A DNA stretch of 64,000 bases from Nageia nagi (GCA_050084985.1 JBITNC010000001.1:116994001-117058000); one strand, 5' to 3'; counted from the stretch's first letter, positions 51,201 through 62,299 are shown. Notes: generated by a model not told the origin, from the letters alone. Program-made: numbers and translations.

Positions 51201-54200
51201 TTGTAGGATGGAAATTTGTGATTCCAAAATCCAAGTGTGAGCCCCAATATGGGGTGTCCAATTTTACATAGTTCCGAGATGAGATCTAGATCCCAAAATG
51301 GGACATCTAACTATAAAGGAGAGGAGTGCGCCATTTCGTGATCATCTTTTTCTATCATCCATTATATCTTTTAAGACTTGGCTGCAAAGTCAGTTTCTAA
51401 CATCTTATGGATGAAAACCTGCAAGAGGGTGGTTGAGGAGATCAAAAACCTTTCTAGATCCAGGGCTTAAGGACAAAAACCCTTAAGTCTTTGTTTTGGT
51501 GGCTTCTCCAAGTTCAGATCCAGCAGTTGGGAGTTCCTTCAATGGTGTGTCTAGCATGTGGGGTCGCAGTGAGTCAATTTTGAGTTCACATCTAGGGGTT
51601 AGAGGCCCTAGCCGTGTGACGTCAACCTTGTGGGGAGTTTATAGTGTGTACTTTGCATCAGATTTGGTCTTCTAGCCAGGCATCCAGCCTTTTGGGTCAA
51701 TATTTTTTATTTTTGCAATATTTGTTTGTAACTTGCAATATTTATTTGTAATTGGGTGTAAATAACAAATAGATTTGTAAATCCAATTTGCAACAATCTC
51801 TCTAAGCATATCTAAAATAAACCTTTAAATCCAAACTGTAATAATCTGTCCAGGCACATTTGGTAGTAAATTTGTAAATCCAAACTACAATAAATAGTTT
51901 GGGCAAATTAGGAGATGTTGTGCTCGCACAACACACCCCAAGATGCAGCATTTTGGGGACCCTATTTTTGCAACGGCAATGGAGGACATTACCTTGAGAA
52001 TGATTAGACCAAGGCCAAGACGATGATTCAAAATGGCCAAGTGATCAAGCAGTGCACGAAAATGCCCCCAAGTCATAAAGATAGTTCAACGCATCCAGTG
52101 GTCAGTTCAGGGCCTGATTTCAAGCAACATCTTGTAGGATGCGATTTTGGGTCACGACGATGACTAGGAAGGGAGTTTTTCAGGAAGTGGCCAACAGGGC
52201 AAAAAAGGCTCATTTTTTGCAAAGTTTAAGCTTACAAGTTCCAAGTGTGACAAAAATGAGCGTTTTTGTCAAGTTTGAGTTTGCTGAGGTGACAAAAATG
52301 AACATTTTTGTCAAGTATGAGCTTGAAAAGCTGGAAAATGGCAAGTATGACAGAAAAGCATGTTTTGGTCAAGATTGAGCCCAGGAATGATCAGTATGGT
52401 AAGAAAGTGCGTTTTTGCACCCTTTGAGTTCGAAAAGCTCGAAAATGACCAAAAATGTCGAGTTCAGCTCAAAATGCTCGAAAATGCTCGAAAATGCCGA
52501 AAATGCCAAAAATAGGCAAAATTGAATGCTTTAAGGCCGGTAATGCTGGAAATGATGGAAAATGACAACTTTGATCCCAAAAAGGTAGAATGGTCATTTT
52601 TGACCATTTGAACTCGAAAATCATTGAAAATGCAAAGATTGAGCTCGAAGGTGCCGAAAGACCAAATCTCAAAGAAAAATATTGAGTTTTCGGTATCCGA
52701 ATTAACTCGATGTTTTTTTAGCCCATGTATTCGTTTTTGATAGGTTTTTCGTAGCTTCGAAGCTTGGAAAGATGGGGATGCAAAATGGGTTATCAAGCTT
52801 CATTTTGGGGAAGTGAAAGAAGGAGGTTGCTCTCCTATATGAGGCCTATCACTTCGGTATTCACTTCGAAATCCGGATCAACCAAAATTTTAGAATTTTG
52901 GGGCCTTGAAAAAGTGTTGTTTTTTGTGTTTTTTGAAGCTTTTTGATAGTCTAAAATGGCTGAAAATAGGGTGGGGTCCGAATTTTGGAAAAATTTTAAA
53001 AAATGGATTTGACCTAATGGATGGATAGAGGGTGAGGTTATAAGGTTTTTGAAAAGGTTTGGGGCTATTTTGGATCTTGTGAGCAAATTTCAAGTTTTTG
53101 AAGAAGTCTATGAGGTTTTGTGTGGATTTTACTCAAACATGGGTGTATGGAGGCTTAAGGAGAGCGTTGTGGAGCAAATGAGAGGCTTATGGTGGTATTT
53201 ATAGACTTTTTGTACCTTTTGCATGCTCCTTAGGGGATTTTTGACCCAAAAAGTGCTCTAGAGGTGCATTTTGCATGTTTCTTAAGGTTTTGGAGCCTTC
53301 AAACACTCCATAGGCATGAAAATCTACGCCTAACTTTTTGAGGCACTTTCTTTGGTCAAAATAAAAATTTTCAAAGTTTAAACATCCTTAATTTGTCCTT
53401 CTCCACCCAATCAAGCGTAAAAATTTGAATTTTGGTGGGTTTTGAGCTTTCCCTTTGGATCTAGGCGCCATTTTTCATTTTTTTGAAGTTTCCAATGGCT
53501 TGTAAACCTATGCCTAGATTTTAGGGGCATTTCTAGTGGTCAAATTTGAAAATTTGCTGATCTAAACATGCTTAGAATGCCCTTTTCCATGCAACCATGT
53601 GAAAAAATTTGAATTTTTGCAAAATTTTTGATTCCTCTTCATGCTAGATGCTCATTTTCAGTCCATTGCATTTCAAAAATCTAGCAAACCTACGCCTAGG
53701 ATTTTGGTGCACTTTCCTTGCTCAAAATCAAAAATTGCAAGTTTAAATGTGCTTATTTTCATGTTTTCCATGCAATTGGCCCGTGAAACTTGGATTTTGA
53801 GGAAAAATTTTGAATCTTCATGATGTTAGGTGCTAGATTTCACTCCATTGGATTTCCAATAGCATGAAAAGCTATGCCTACATTTTCGGTGCCTTAAAAT
53901 TGTTCAAAATCCAAATTTTGCAAGTTTAAATGTGATAGAATTGAGGTTTTTCACCCAGTGAGCACCTTGGGATCAATTTTTAATGCATTTTGCACTTATC
54001 CCTCCAAGTTAGGTGCTAGGAATCACTCCTATGGATTTGGAAACTTTTGGAAAACCACACCTAGCATTTGTAGGCACAAAAGTTGCTTACATTTGCTTTT
54101 TCCAAGACCTAAATGTGTTAGAAATCACCTTTTTGACCCAATGAACCCCTCAAACTTGAGTTTTGATCAAAATTTATCAATTTTTTTTATTCTAGGCGCC

Positions 54201-57200
54201 TAGGATTTGAGTACTTTAGACTTGGTCAAAATCAAAAATTTCAAGTCCTAATTGTGATAGAATTCACCTTATCTCTCCAAATGCGCTCTTGGAATCGAAT
54301 TTCGATGCCATTTGCATTTATCTTTGAGAAACATGCACCATCTCCCCCTTACTTGGATCTTCAATACCTTGGGAAAATGTGCTTGGGGCTAAGGGTACTC
54401 AAACTTGCACTTTCGAACCATTTCGCACTCGTTATGTGCATTTCCGACCACTTGGGGTGTTTTTGAGCTCAAACTCGATCAAAAAGCCTCCATGTACTCA
54501 TTTTGCACTTCCGAAAAACTTCAAAAATCCCCGAAAATCCACACTTAGCCTCTCAAAAACCCAAAAATAGGCCAAAATTTGGCTAACTCCTTTTTGCTCT
54601 AGAATTGCTCCAAAGATACCCATTATCACTCCTAACACCTTTTTGTGCTCCATAGGCTTTATATAATGAGCATTGCTAAGAGGAACAAGGAACTACAAAT
54701 AGAGAGGATCATGAAGGATAGTCTGATCACCATTGAGAAAAGGGGGCAAGACTTTTTTCCCCACAATCGTGCTTGTCGAAAGCCTCAATCAGATCAAAGA
54801 TACAGATTGGGCACACACATGACCCAGTCAAGACATTAGAGAAGATAGCTCAAATCCCACCTGGACAATAAAACGACACTCACTCGGTCCAAAGTCGTTG
54901 AGACCTGAATGATCCCATACACCGATCCATTCACAGAGTTACACCTCGAGGTAGCCAGATACTGCAACACAAAGAAGAAATTCATAGAACCCTCTATGAC
55001 ACTAATGGCATCCAAATACTAGACTTCACAATGGAGGGAATAGAGAAGGCATTTGCATGGAGTGACAAGGGCATCATATTCACCATGACAGACTCCATCA
55101 AATTCTTCACTAGCAAGACGAATCCAGGGAATCTAATTAGAGACCAATTGTTCAATGAATGCAAAGACTTTAAGGCAAACGCCTTAAGCCAACCACGAAG
55201 GATAGACTTCTATCCAACAGTCTCTACTATCATCAGCATGCTATGTTGGATAACAGGACAATAGAACAACCAAAGATTCATGAAGGAGTTAGTCAACTTC
55301 ATGCATCATATCAGTAGAGGCAAAAGAAATCTTTACGGATGCCAACTTCGAAGAAGTCATCACGTGTGCAATCTGCAAATCAGCCATCGTGATTCTAGTC
55401 ATTTTTGAAAATTTTGTAAATCAGTCAGTCAGGAAAGTTGAGCACCAAAACTCGACTAACCCTACTCTCATGATCAGTCAACCTGGCAAGTAGAGCACCA
55501 AAAGTCAGCTAACTTAGTCGTAGAAGGCAAATATGTAATATTTTTTTATTTTTTTATAGAATTAAGAAAACACTTGGGAACCCTAGAAATTCTATAAATA
55601 GACCCCATGGGGTCACTTTTAGGTAGAATGAAAATTTGAAACTTTTAAAAGAATGAAAATTTGGAGAACAAGTTCAAATTTTTTGTAAAAGAAGAAAATT
55701 GTGGAGACTTTTCTGTAACTCTTTTACATGCTAATACAAAGTGGTGACTTATTTTTTCAAGAGACTTTGTCATACGTGAAGTGGTGAATGGGATTCATTT
55801 TGTGGCTTTCTTTCATGATTCAAATATTTTCGTTTCTTTCCTTGAAAACTTGAGAGTTTTAGGAAAAAATAGTTGTTCAAACTTTTACAAATATTTTGTA
55901 TTGCTTTAAGTTTGCTTGCCACCTTTTGCCTATTGCACTTTTAAACAAATGTATTCTAAAACTATTTCTTTTCTACATCTTATTTGAAGTTGTCATTCAA
56001 ACCTGGTTCCAAAGCGCGTGTTCTACGCTAAGTTGCTTTGATTGCATCGGTCCCGTTCGTGGAGTACCAACAATCGGTCTTGCTCTGTGCTCTAGATTCA
56101 AAGCTAATTGGACAATAGTAATTTACTTTGAACTAGATTGAATGAATAAGAACTTCATGATTGATTAGAAAACATCTTATTTTAGACAATGCTTTGTTGT
56201 GACGATCATCTTGTGATCTAACCAATATTGGATCATTCTCACCTTTTATTTGTTTTTATTTGCTTATTTTTATCTTTCCTACATTATTTTTTTACAAAAC
56301 TAGAGCAACTTTCAATCATCACAAAAACACCTTGTCCTTAAAAAAAACGAGTTAACTACCTCTACCTCTATCAAACCAGTTGAGTTCATTCCTCTGAACC
56401 ATATAAAATTGTGCTACTTCAACGGGAACACCAAAAAACCTTGGGGTTTCAATCCTTTCAAGAGGAGGTAAGTTACGCTATCTCACCTAAATGTTGGGTG
56501 CTTTTCCCGTCCCGATCGTGTGCAGGCGATCATAAGTAGGTAGGAAAGGTTTCCATCCCAACAGGGCACAATTTTTAATTTGCATTTCTGCTATTTTCTT
56601 GCAAATTCCAATTCGTCCTTGTTTGGGTCATTACATTAATGGTTAGATTCTTCCCTATGAATCTTAAAGGTGAAGCACTTGATTGGTTTTACAAACTCAT
56701 TCCTAGATCTCTCCACAATTTTCAAAAGGTAACTAATGCATTTACCAATTAGTGTAGATATAACATCAAGAAACTCGCTACATTAGCAAATCTCTATGTT
56801 ATTCAATAAAATTCTAATATTTCTCTAGGTTCAAGAAAGTATGGCAAATATCTGCAACATAATAGAAGAGTAAAATGTGAATGAGATCCTTGTTAACTCC
56901 TTGATCAAAAATATAAAGTAATATGTATGTGATAACATCAATTCACCTTTCGGTAGACTCAAATGATGATTGGCAAAGAGAAATTTCTATATAAAGTAGG
57001 CATAGTCAAATATTGAAAACCTAGGAAAGGTTAAAACAAAAAATCATATCAAACAAAGAATGAGGATAAGAAAACAATGAATGCAGCAAAAGGTGATGTT
57101 CAAGCAGCACAGTTAACAAGATCTCAAACTCGGAAATAACTAAGACTCATCTTCCCCATTCTATCTCAATATATTATAGTAGATCTATTGCAAAAACAAT

Positions 57201-60200
57201 TGATCATATTGCCTCCAAAGAAGCTTGAGATAATAGTAATGTACAAAAACCAACTTAGTACAAGGCAACATCATATTGTGATTGTCACAAAACTACGGGT
57301 CATACAACCAACCAATGCAATAAACTCGAAAATGAAATTCAATGGTTGATAAAAGAGGAAAGTTATGTTTATCCAACAACAATTCCAAATAACGATCAAT
57401 TGCTAAATCAAAACAAAAAGACAATTACAATACTAAAGGGTTTATAAAGCATAAGTTTGATAACCTTTGTGGTGTAACAAGTGGCAAGAACGTGGCTCTG
57501 ATACCACTGTAATGATCTAAAATAAAAATACAGAAACACAAAACACAATTCCTAATAATAAAATATGGATCTGCAATATTTTTGTACTTTTATTGAATAT
57601 TCTCAAATACCTACAACAGAAATTTCAATAACAATATCAAATACAATAGATCTGCTATGGTTCTACTTCTATACTACTGAGAACTAAAAAGTGAGTTATA
57701 ATCACAAATCTAACTTTATTAAGCACAAAACACAAGATCACACACTTTATATGGAACGTGGCACTTGAAACTTTAGAATGGCATCAAGAGACCCTCAAAT
57801 ATGCTGAATTAATACTCTAACACTTGGATGCTGCCAAAACTGAACCCTGAATGCACACTTTTAACACTGAAAGATGCTATGGAAACTTGAAAAGATGGGA
57901 CGTGGCTTGCACAAAGGCAGATCAGACCAATAACACTCTGAAAATTAATGGCAATTACTTCTGATAGGGAACGTCCAGCTCCTTGTGATGAATTCTGCTG
58001 TTCAACCGTGAAAAACTTGTGAAGAAACTCTTCCAATCTGCTGATAATGCTTTCAATATGGGATATTTCTCTCCTGGTCTGAGATTAAAGCCTTCTAATG
58101 CATGCAATTAATCCCTAATGCTGAACAATTCTGATATGAGTCTCACAAATGCTGATTCCTTTGACAATCTGCCCAAATTTTGATTATAAAGCATAAAAGG
58201 TGAACCCTGGGTGGATTCACTCCTCAATCTGAGTAGCAAGGATCAGCCTTGTCTACCAAATCGGAATTCTCTTCTACAAATCCTGAGCACCCCCAAAAAT
58301 TCGCAGAAGTTGAGCTAGGGCAAACCCTTCTCTCCAATTTCACAATATCAACAATAACATGATAATAATGTGGGTACTCCATGTATATATAAACTTCACG
58401 CTATAATCCTTCGTTGAGTTGGCCCCACAACTTAAGTTATAAACATGTGCACACAATGTTTTTTTTTTTAATAAAAATAATTATTATTATTTCCTAACAA
58501 CACACTCCACACAACATCATACTATTTGCATAACAATATTTACATGATCCTATTTTTTCAAAAAGGATCATTACAAAGACCATCCATATTATAGGCTAAC
58601 AAAACAAAAAATTGAAAAATTGCAGAAATAACAAAAAATAGCAATCAAAGAAAACCAGTTTAGGGCAAGTACATAGATTCAAAAAAGAAACAAATTTTGG
58701 CAAGGAATATTATATCAATACACAACAAAATTAACAACCTTCAATAGAAGAAAGAAACACTCTAATGGAATCGATAGCAGTTAGAATAGAATTCACTTGA
58801 TATTACTTGGGTAGCTTTTGCAATTACAAGGGTGCATGTTTGGGCAAAAATGAGAAAGGAATTGTGGACTTTCTAGAACAGTAGCCTAGGCTATTTCGTA
58901 TAATAGATTTCGTATACATTCCAAATCACTCAGATGAGCTTCTTAGTATATCAGAAGAGGAAAATGACAATGAAATCACGTTGCATGACATTTTTGAAAT
59001 TGTAGCTATGGTAGAATTTTTCCCCCAACCTACCCTTAGCAATTCTCGAGTTCATTAATGTTCAGCCCTTTGTCTTTAATCCTACCCTAGGTCTCTTTGA
59101 AAATAATGTAGTCCTTGAATTTGTAGGAGCCAAGTCTAAATGATTATCCTTCCATCCTAAAAAATATTTTGATTATTGTCTTTTTACTAATGCATATTTT
59201 GTGAAAGTACTTTGTTTGTGATCTTTGGCAAATGTTGGTTTGAACTTGTTCCATGTCTGCTACGATTGTTGTGTTGTCTTTTTCTTTGTCAACCAATGGG
59301 GTTTTCCCTTTCTTATCATTACTCTAGCCATATTTCAATGCTCCACATATCTAAGAGAACAATTTATTTATTTTTATCATTTTGTGAATCATTTCTTCTA
59401 AGAGTGAATCAATCAAATGTGTCCTTTGAATGTTGGAAGAAGTGATTGTAAGAGAGTCTCTTTTAGATCTTATTTTGCTTGACTTCATTTGCTTTCTTTT
59501 TCCATATTTTCAGGAAATCATAATTCTAGTTTGGAAACTGTTTAAGCTTGTATAGATCTCCTAATTTGTTATCATATTTGATGCTAAGTTGTATTCTTGC
59601 AAAAACTTGTCTATGAGAGTCTCAAAACTTTGAATATTGTCAATCACCTATTAGCCTCTTGAAAATTACCCTTCTCATTAGATTTTCATTGTTGTTGAAT
59701 TGAGTTGCTTCATTCCTGAATCCAAGTACAAACATAAATTGTCAAAGTTTAACCAAGACAGACATCCAACCACCACCTAACAATCATATGTAAACTTATG
59801 TTCATTTAAAATGGTAGCAAAAAAATTTAGAGAAATGGTGAAAATATTGGGACATCCATAAATATTTAGGGTGCAAAAGAAAACTTGCATCCAAAGCAAA
59901 TCCTTACGAACTTTTCACTCGCAACCATTTGAAATTTTGGTACTATCAAAATACAATCAACCCCAAGTTTGAAAAGACCACCAATATTTATGAAGTCCAT
60001 AGATTTAAAATGAAAAGCATAATTGCAAAACTAGGAACAAACTTACATAATTACACAATGAAATGGGTACTTAGACAACTAAAATTCAATAATAGTATGA
60101 AACCAAAATGAGGTAAAAGAAAACACAGCGTCTCTTAGTCTCTTCATTGTACAATGATAATAAGCTTAATTACATAGACATCCAAAATAACAAAATTGTT

Positions 60201-61175
60201 CATGAGATCCCACATCAGGAAACCAAACTTGAAGAACTTAATATGAAACTTAAAGTCTTAAACAATGCAAAGACCAAAATCCATCACCATACAAAAACTT
60301 CATACATGTCAACCGTATTAAGATACTTCCTCCAGTTCCTTTTCTCTTAATATTTGTAGAAAATGATAATAAGCTTAATTGCATAGACATCCAAAATAAC
60401 AAATTTGTTCATGAGATCCCACATCAGGAAACCAAACTTGAAGAACTTAATATAAAACTTAAAGAATGCAAAAACAAAAAGCCATCACCATACACAAACT
60501 TTATACATGTGCCAACCATACTAAGATACTTCCTCCAGTTCCTTTTCTCTGAACATTTGTAGAAAGCCGAAACCATCAATTACAAGAGGAGGGATTAGGC
60601 AAAAGTTTCTGTATACCTGCAAGCACTAACTTCCAATAACATAAAACCCAGGTTTCTTTTCCTATTTTGGTGAATCACAGAAGCAGGCATCTTAAGGATC
60701 TCAATGAAGAAATATAATTCTGCATCAGCTAAAAATAAAACATAAATGCACAAGAAATTCAGAATATATAAACTGGTAACAGAGAAACATGAGACATGTC
60801 ACACTTCCACAGACTAAGAGGACTTGTACAAAAGTATTAAATAAATCAATTTACTGACAGAGATGTGTTTAAAGGTAGAATCTTCGACTAGCATACGAAA
60901 ATTTAACTTTTCATTCATGATAACTACAGCGAATTAACAAATATGTCCACATGCAGGGTTTATCATTGTCTCTATTTTCAAAACCGTGAATGCTCTATAC
61001 TGAACTATTGTGCTGTGTAACAACCATAAAAGATATTATAGATCTCTCACCAGTTCATCATAATAAGCATGACCAGAAGTATGCAACTTCTCTCCCTTCC
61101 CATCGCTATTGTGGGGCCAAGCTCTGCTAGACGATTCATCATTCTCATTACTCGAGTTTCATTCCCGGGTATTAT
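15209..61175 (-). CDS. RNJ: Ribonuclease J (plant/chloroplast type, beta-CASP plus C-terminal GT-1 trihelix domain); 3' part of a multi-exon gene, 5' exons outside the window
   Basis: Spliced exons with GT-AG borders translate to [28 protein letters not shown] / [18 protein letters not shown] / [22 protein letters not shown] / [11 protein letters not shown] / [24 protein letters not shown] / [21 protein letters not shown] / [12 protein letters not shown], matching plant RNase J as recalled for Arabidopsis At5g63420. One exon has a 1-nt frameshift. Confidence 0.95.
15576..15967 (-). CDS. RNJ: RNJ exon: linker plus GT-1/trihelix (Myb/SANT-like) domain
   Basis: gtgcag acceptor in phase 1, gttagt donor; [42 protein letters not shown]. 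Confidence 0.93.
16732..20740 (-). mobile_element. Element D: 5'-truncated gypsy-derived Gag-protease element with an unknown ~1.6-kb coding cassette, then PPT and 3' LTR (~16732 to 17563/17740)
   Basis: gag [14 protein letters not shown], knuckle [12 protein letters not shown], protease [18 protein letters not shown]; no RT/RH/IN; integrase-tail relic [10 protein letters not shown] at ~17750-17785; LTR is an inverted homolog of 51175-51915. Confidence 0.8.
18380..18860 (-). repeat. Degenerate 24-bp tandem repeat encoding a hydrophobic 8-aa repeat (approx. LMxFxTAF)
   Basis: Units such as aatgcagtctcaaacatcagaagg / aatgcagaagtaaacaccatcaaa / attgcagtccagaacataataaat. Confidence 0.8.
21747..21791 (-). 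CDS. RNJ: Candidate 45-nt RNJ micro-exon (D)[14 protein letters not shown]
   Basis: T-rich tract plus gacag acceptor, CAG|GTAAGG donor, phase 1/1, open in the required frame; no homology support. Confidence 0.45.
22509..22942 (-). CDS. RNJ: RNJ exon (S)[47 protein letters not shown] (434 nt)
   Basis: ttgcag acceptor; RNase J C-terminal domain inside ORF 22318..23076; donor gtacac at 22508, with a possible same-phase alternative donor gtgaat at 22550. Confidence 0.9.
25589..25706. repeat. 32-bp tandem repeat x4 (ccttgatcgactacatcagtcagcccaggcaa) inside LTR F1
   Basis: Directly visible; 3 units in F2 at ~47109-47195. Confidence 0.9.
27551..27560 (+). promoter_or_regulatory. LTR TATA box (CTATAAATAG)
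   Basis: Conserved in F3 at 55592-55601, absent in F2. Confidence 0.6.
29031..29520. mobile_element. Truncated end of a non-autonomous hAT element related to 62531-63949
   Basis: caaggttgtcacagactggggg resembles the reverse complement of the 63949 terminus (caaggttccacatgactggg); GGGGAC-type subterminal repeats. Confidence 0.55.
31560..33123 (-). mobile_element. Degenerate Ty1/copia gag-protease-integrase fragment
   Basis: gag [19 protein letters not shown], protease [11 protein letters not shown], integrase [35 protein letters not shown]. Confidence 0.88.
33124..33908 (+). mobile_element. LTR fragment related to the element-A LTR, opposite orientation
   Basis: TGTAAC start; 33428-33580 is a reverse-complement homolog of the A-family LTR end. 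Confidence 0.55.
33909..36420 (-). mobile_element. Element E: 5'-truncated gypsy Gag-protease element; ORF ends at the PPT; 3' LTR 33909-35310
   Basis: ORF 35312..36088 ([33 protein letters not shown]), PPT GGGGGGAAGGG, LTR TGTGATG..CATTACA. Confidence 0.85.
37033..38506. mobile_element. Solo LTR (family C) with perfect TSD TGAAG
   Basis: TGTAATG..CATTACA; tgaag at 37028-37032 and 38507-38511; inverted homolog of 40818-42126. Confidence 0.9.
37679..37875. repeat. 39-40-bp tandem repeat x5 (ttgaggcctagcattcctcttggattatcgactgctacc)
   Basis: Directly visible; ~2 units in the sister LTR at 41487-41550. Confidence 0.88.
39148..39245 (-). CDS. RNJ: RNJ exon [32 protein letters not shown](S) (98 nt)
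   Basis: aacag acceptor, gtaagc donor; ends in phase 2, matching the next exon. Confidence 0.95.
39367..39462 (-). CDS. RNJ: RNJ exon [32 protein letters not shown] (96 nt)
   Basis: tttag acceptor, gttag donor; near-identical to the plant RNJ peptide. Confidence 0.96.
39626..39739 (-). CDS. RNJ: RNJ exon [38 protein letters not shown] (114 nt)
   Basis: gaag acceptor, gtaagt donor; beta-CASP PxHGE motif. Confidence 0.96.
40363..40817 (+). mobile_element. Possible old short LTR with a degenerate PBS
   Basis: TGTAAT start, CAACA at 40754-40758 followed by a TATCAGAG PBS-like motif. Confidence 0.3.
42800..43292. mobile_element. Solo LTR (493 bp) inserted in the gag of element B, TSD CTCTT
   Basis: TG..CA; ctctt at 42795-42799 and 43293-43297; removing it restores [13 protein letters not shown]. 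Confidence 0.93.
44851..44862 (-). promoter_or_regulatory. Primer-binding site (initiator tRNA-Met, TGGTATCAGAGC)
   Basis: Exact motif 2 nt from the LTR end. Confidence 0.92.
46545..50088 (+). mobile_element. Family F copy 2: LTR lacking the last ~80 bp
   Basis: Colinear with F1 from TGTTGTGCC to CGCTATCTCA. Confidence 0.88.
47270..48085. repeat. ~184-bp degenerate tandem array (4+ units) inside LTR F2
   Basis: CAATGGAGTG-like anchors at 47345, 47528, 47712 and 47896. Confidence 0.8.
51175..56634 (+). mobile_element. LTR of the element-D family, interrupted by F3
   Basis: 51300-51900 is a reverse-complement homolog of 16800-17400; ends GGGTCATTACA at 56634. Confidence 0.6.
51916..56563 (+). 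mobile_element. Family F copy 3: 4.6-kb composite with F termini, an inverted ~183-bp array and an ORF remnant
   Basis: TGTTGTGC..CCCAACA termini; 55390-56563 colinear with the F1 3' part; 53240-54250 inverted array; ORF relic 54670-55330. Confidence 0.8.
56635..58900 (+). mobile_element. Decayed Tat/Ogre/Athila-like gypsy gag with a G-patch relic
   Basis: [21 protein letters not shown]; [26 protein letters not shown]; [13 protein letters not shown] at ~58825-58865. Confidence 0.65.
57495..58575 (-). mobile_element. LTR (57508-58575) with an adjacent perfect tRNA-Met PBS; internal part lost
   Basis: 10-bp terminal inverted repeat TGTAATGATC..GATCATTACA; gctctgatacca at 57495-57506. Confidence 0.85.
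60153..60564. repeat. ~209-bp tandem duplication (intronic)
   Basis: aatgataataagcttaatt..atttgtagaa occurs twice. Confidence 0.92.
61051..61175 (-). CDS. RNJ: RNJ exon ([26 protein letters not shown][fs][15 protein letters not shown]), 125 nt, apparent 1-nt deletion
   Basis: tgtag acceptor, gtgag donor; PGNE and HTSGH motifs lie in different frames. Confidence 0.92.
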
Positions 61176-62006
61176 CTACACATGGAGGGAAATCATTAAA
61201 AACTAGCATATAATCAGTTGTCCGATAAACTAGCTACTTCAGTGGATACCACAAGTCATATCTTTGTTCATGCAATAGATTATCACTTCCTGTAGCCACA
61301 TGGAATATCATTGCTTATAGAACATAAGGTCAGAAAAGAGACAGTAAAATTGGCAACCTGTTATCTATGCTTCACAATGCCATTTTCAGGAAGTACAGAA
61401 TAAAGCAGGCATTCTCAGGTTCATAGTAGTGAAATTGGGACTCAGCCAGCATATGTATAGGCTGAAACTATTTAAACTTGGCCATTCAGAGAATATTCAA
61501 CAAAAAAGGGGTAAATTAAAAAAATAAAAATAAAAATAAAAAATACTAAATTTACAAAAAATGCATCAAATGGCAATTTACAGAAAAAGTTGCATATTCT
61601 GAGAATATTATGCCAAATTGTTTGCAATTATTCATTTTTATTGGTGTGGCAAGTATTTGGCCACATAAACACAATATTCATTGAATTTCATAACTATGCT
61701 CAGACCCACGGGCAACAATGTTAAGGAGTTAACCATAGGAATTGAAGGTGAAAGATTGGAAGATTTACCTAATCTTAGAGGGCACAATAAAATTAATAAA
61801 AAGCACTTTCAGGTAACAAAAACTAAGACAAAAGTTGTTCAATGTATCCTGTTTAAAGAAAGCTCTAATAAAAGCTACTACCTTTTTAAGTAGACATTCA
61901 GCTTGAGATACAACATCATTATTATATGGCTGATGGATTGTCTCCATATCACCATCATGTTAAACTGACAATCATCGTTGTGGATATTTCCTCACTATAC
62001 TTAACG

Positions 62007-62299
62007 CTAGTCATGTGAGGAAATCGACAAGGGCCATGTGCTTCCTTGGAGATGAAAGAGTCCTAGACCATTTGATATGTTCATGATTTGTAAGGTACTT
62101 AAGTACAATATGACAGACTTAAGTGGAAAACCTTATAACCATACACTTCCCTCTCTGTAATTAAATCTAGTCGTGAGGAAATTGACAAGGGCCATGTGCT
62201 TCCTTGGGGATTAAGAATCTGAGATCATTTGATATGTTCATGATTTGTAAGGTACTTAAGTACAATATGAAAGACTTAAGTGGAAAACCTTATAACCAT
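62007..62299. repeat. ~160-bp tandem duplication (intronic)
   Basis: gtgaggaaat..gtggaaaaccttataaccat occurs twice. Confidence 0.92.

Noticed and set aside
59000-59900. Minus-strand L1 ORF1 remnant (QVFARI-like peptide)
   Set aside because: Only a few residues of resemblance; not supportable without a profile search.
61090-61105. Programmed -1 ribosomal frameshift rescuing RNJ
   Set aside because: G GGA AGG is not an X XXY YYZ slippery heptamer, and no such recoding is known for RNJ.
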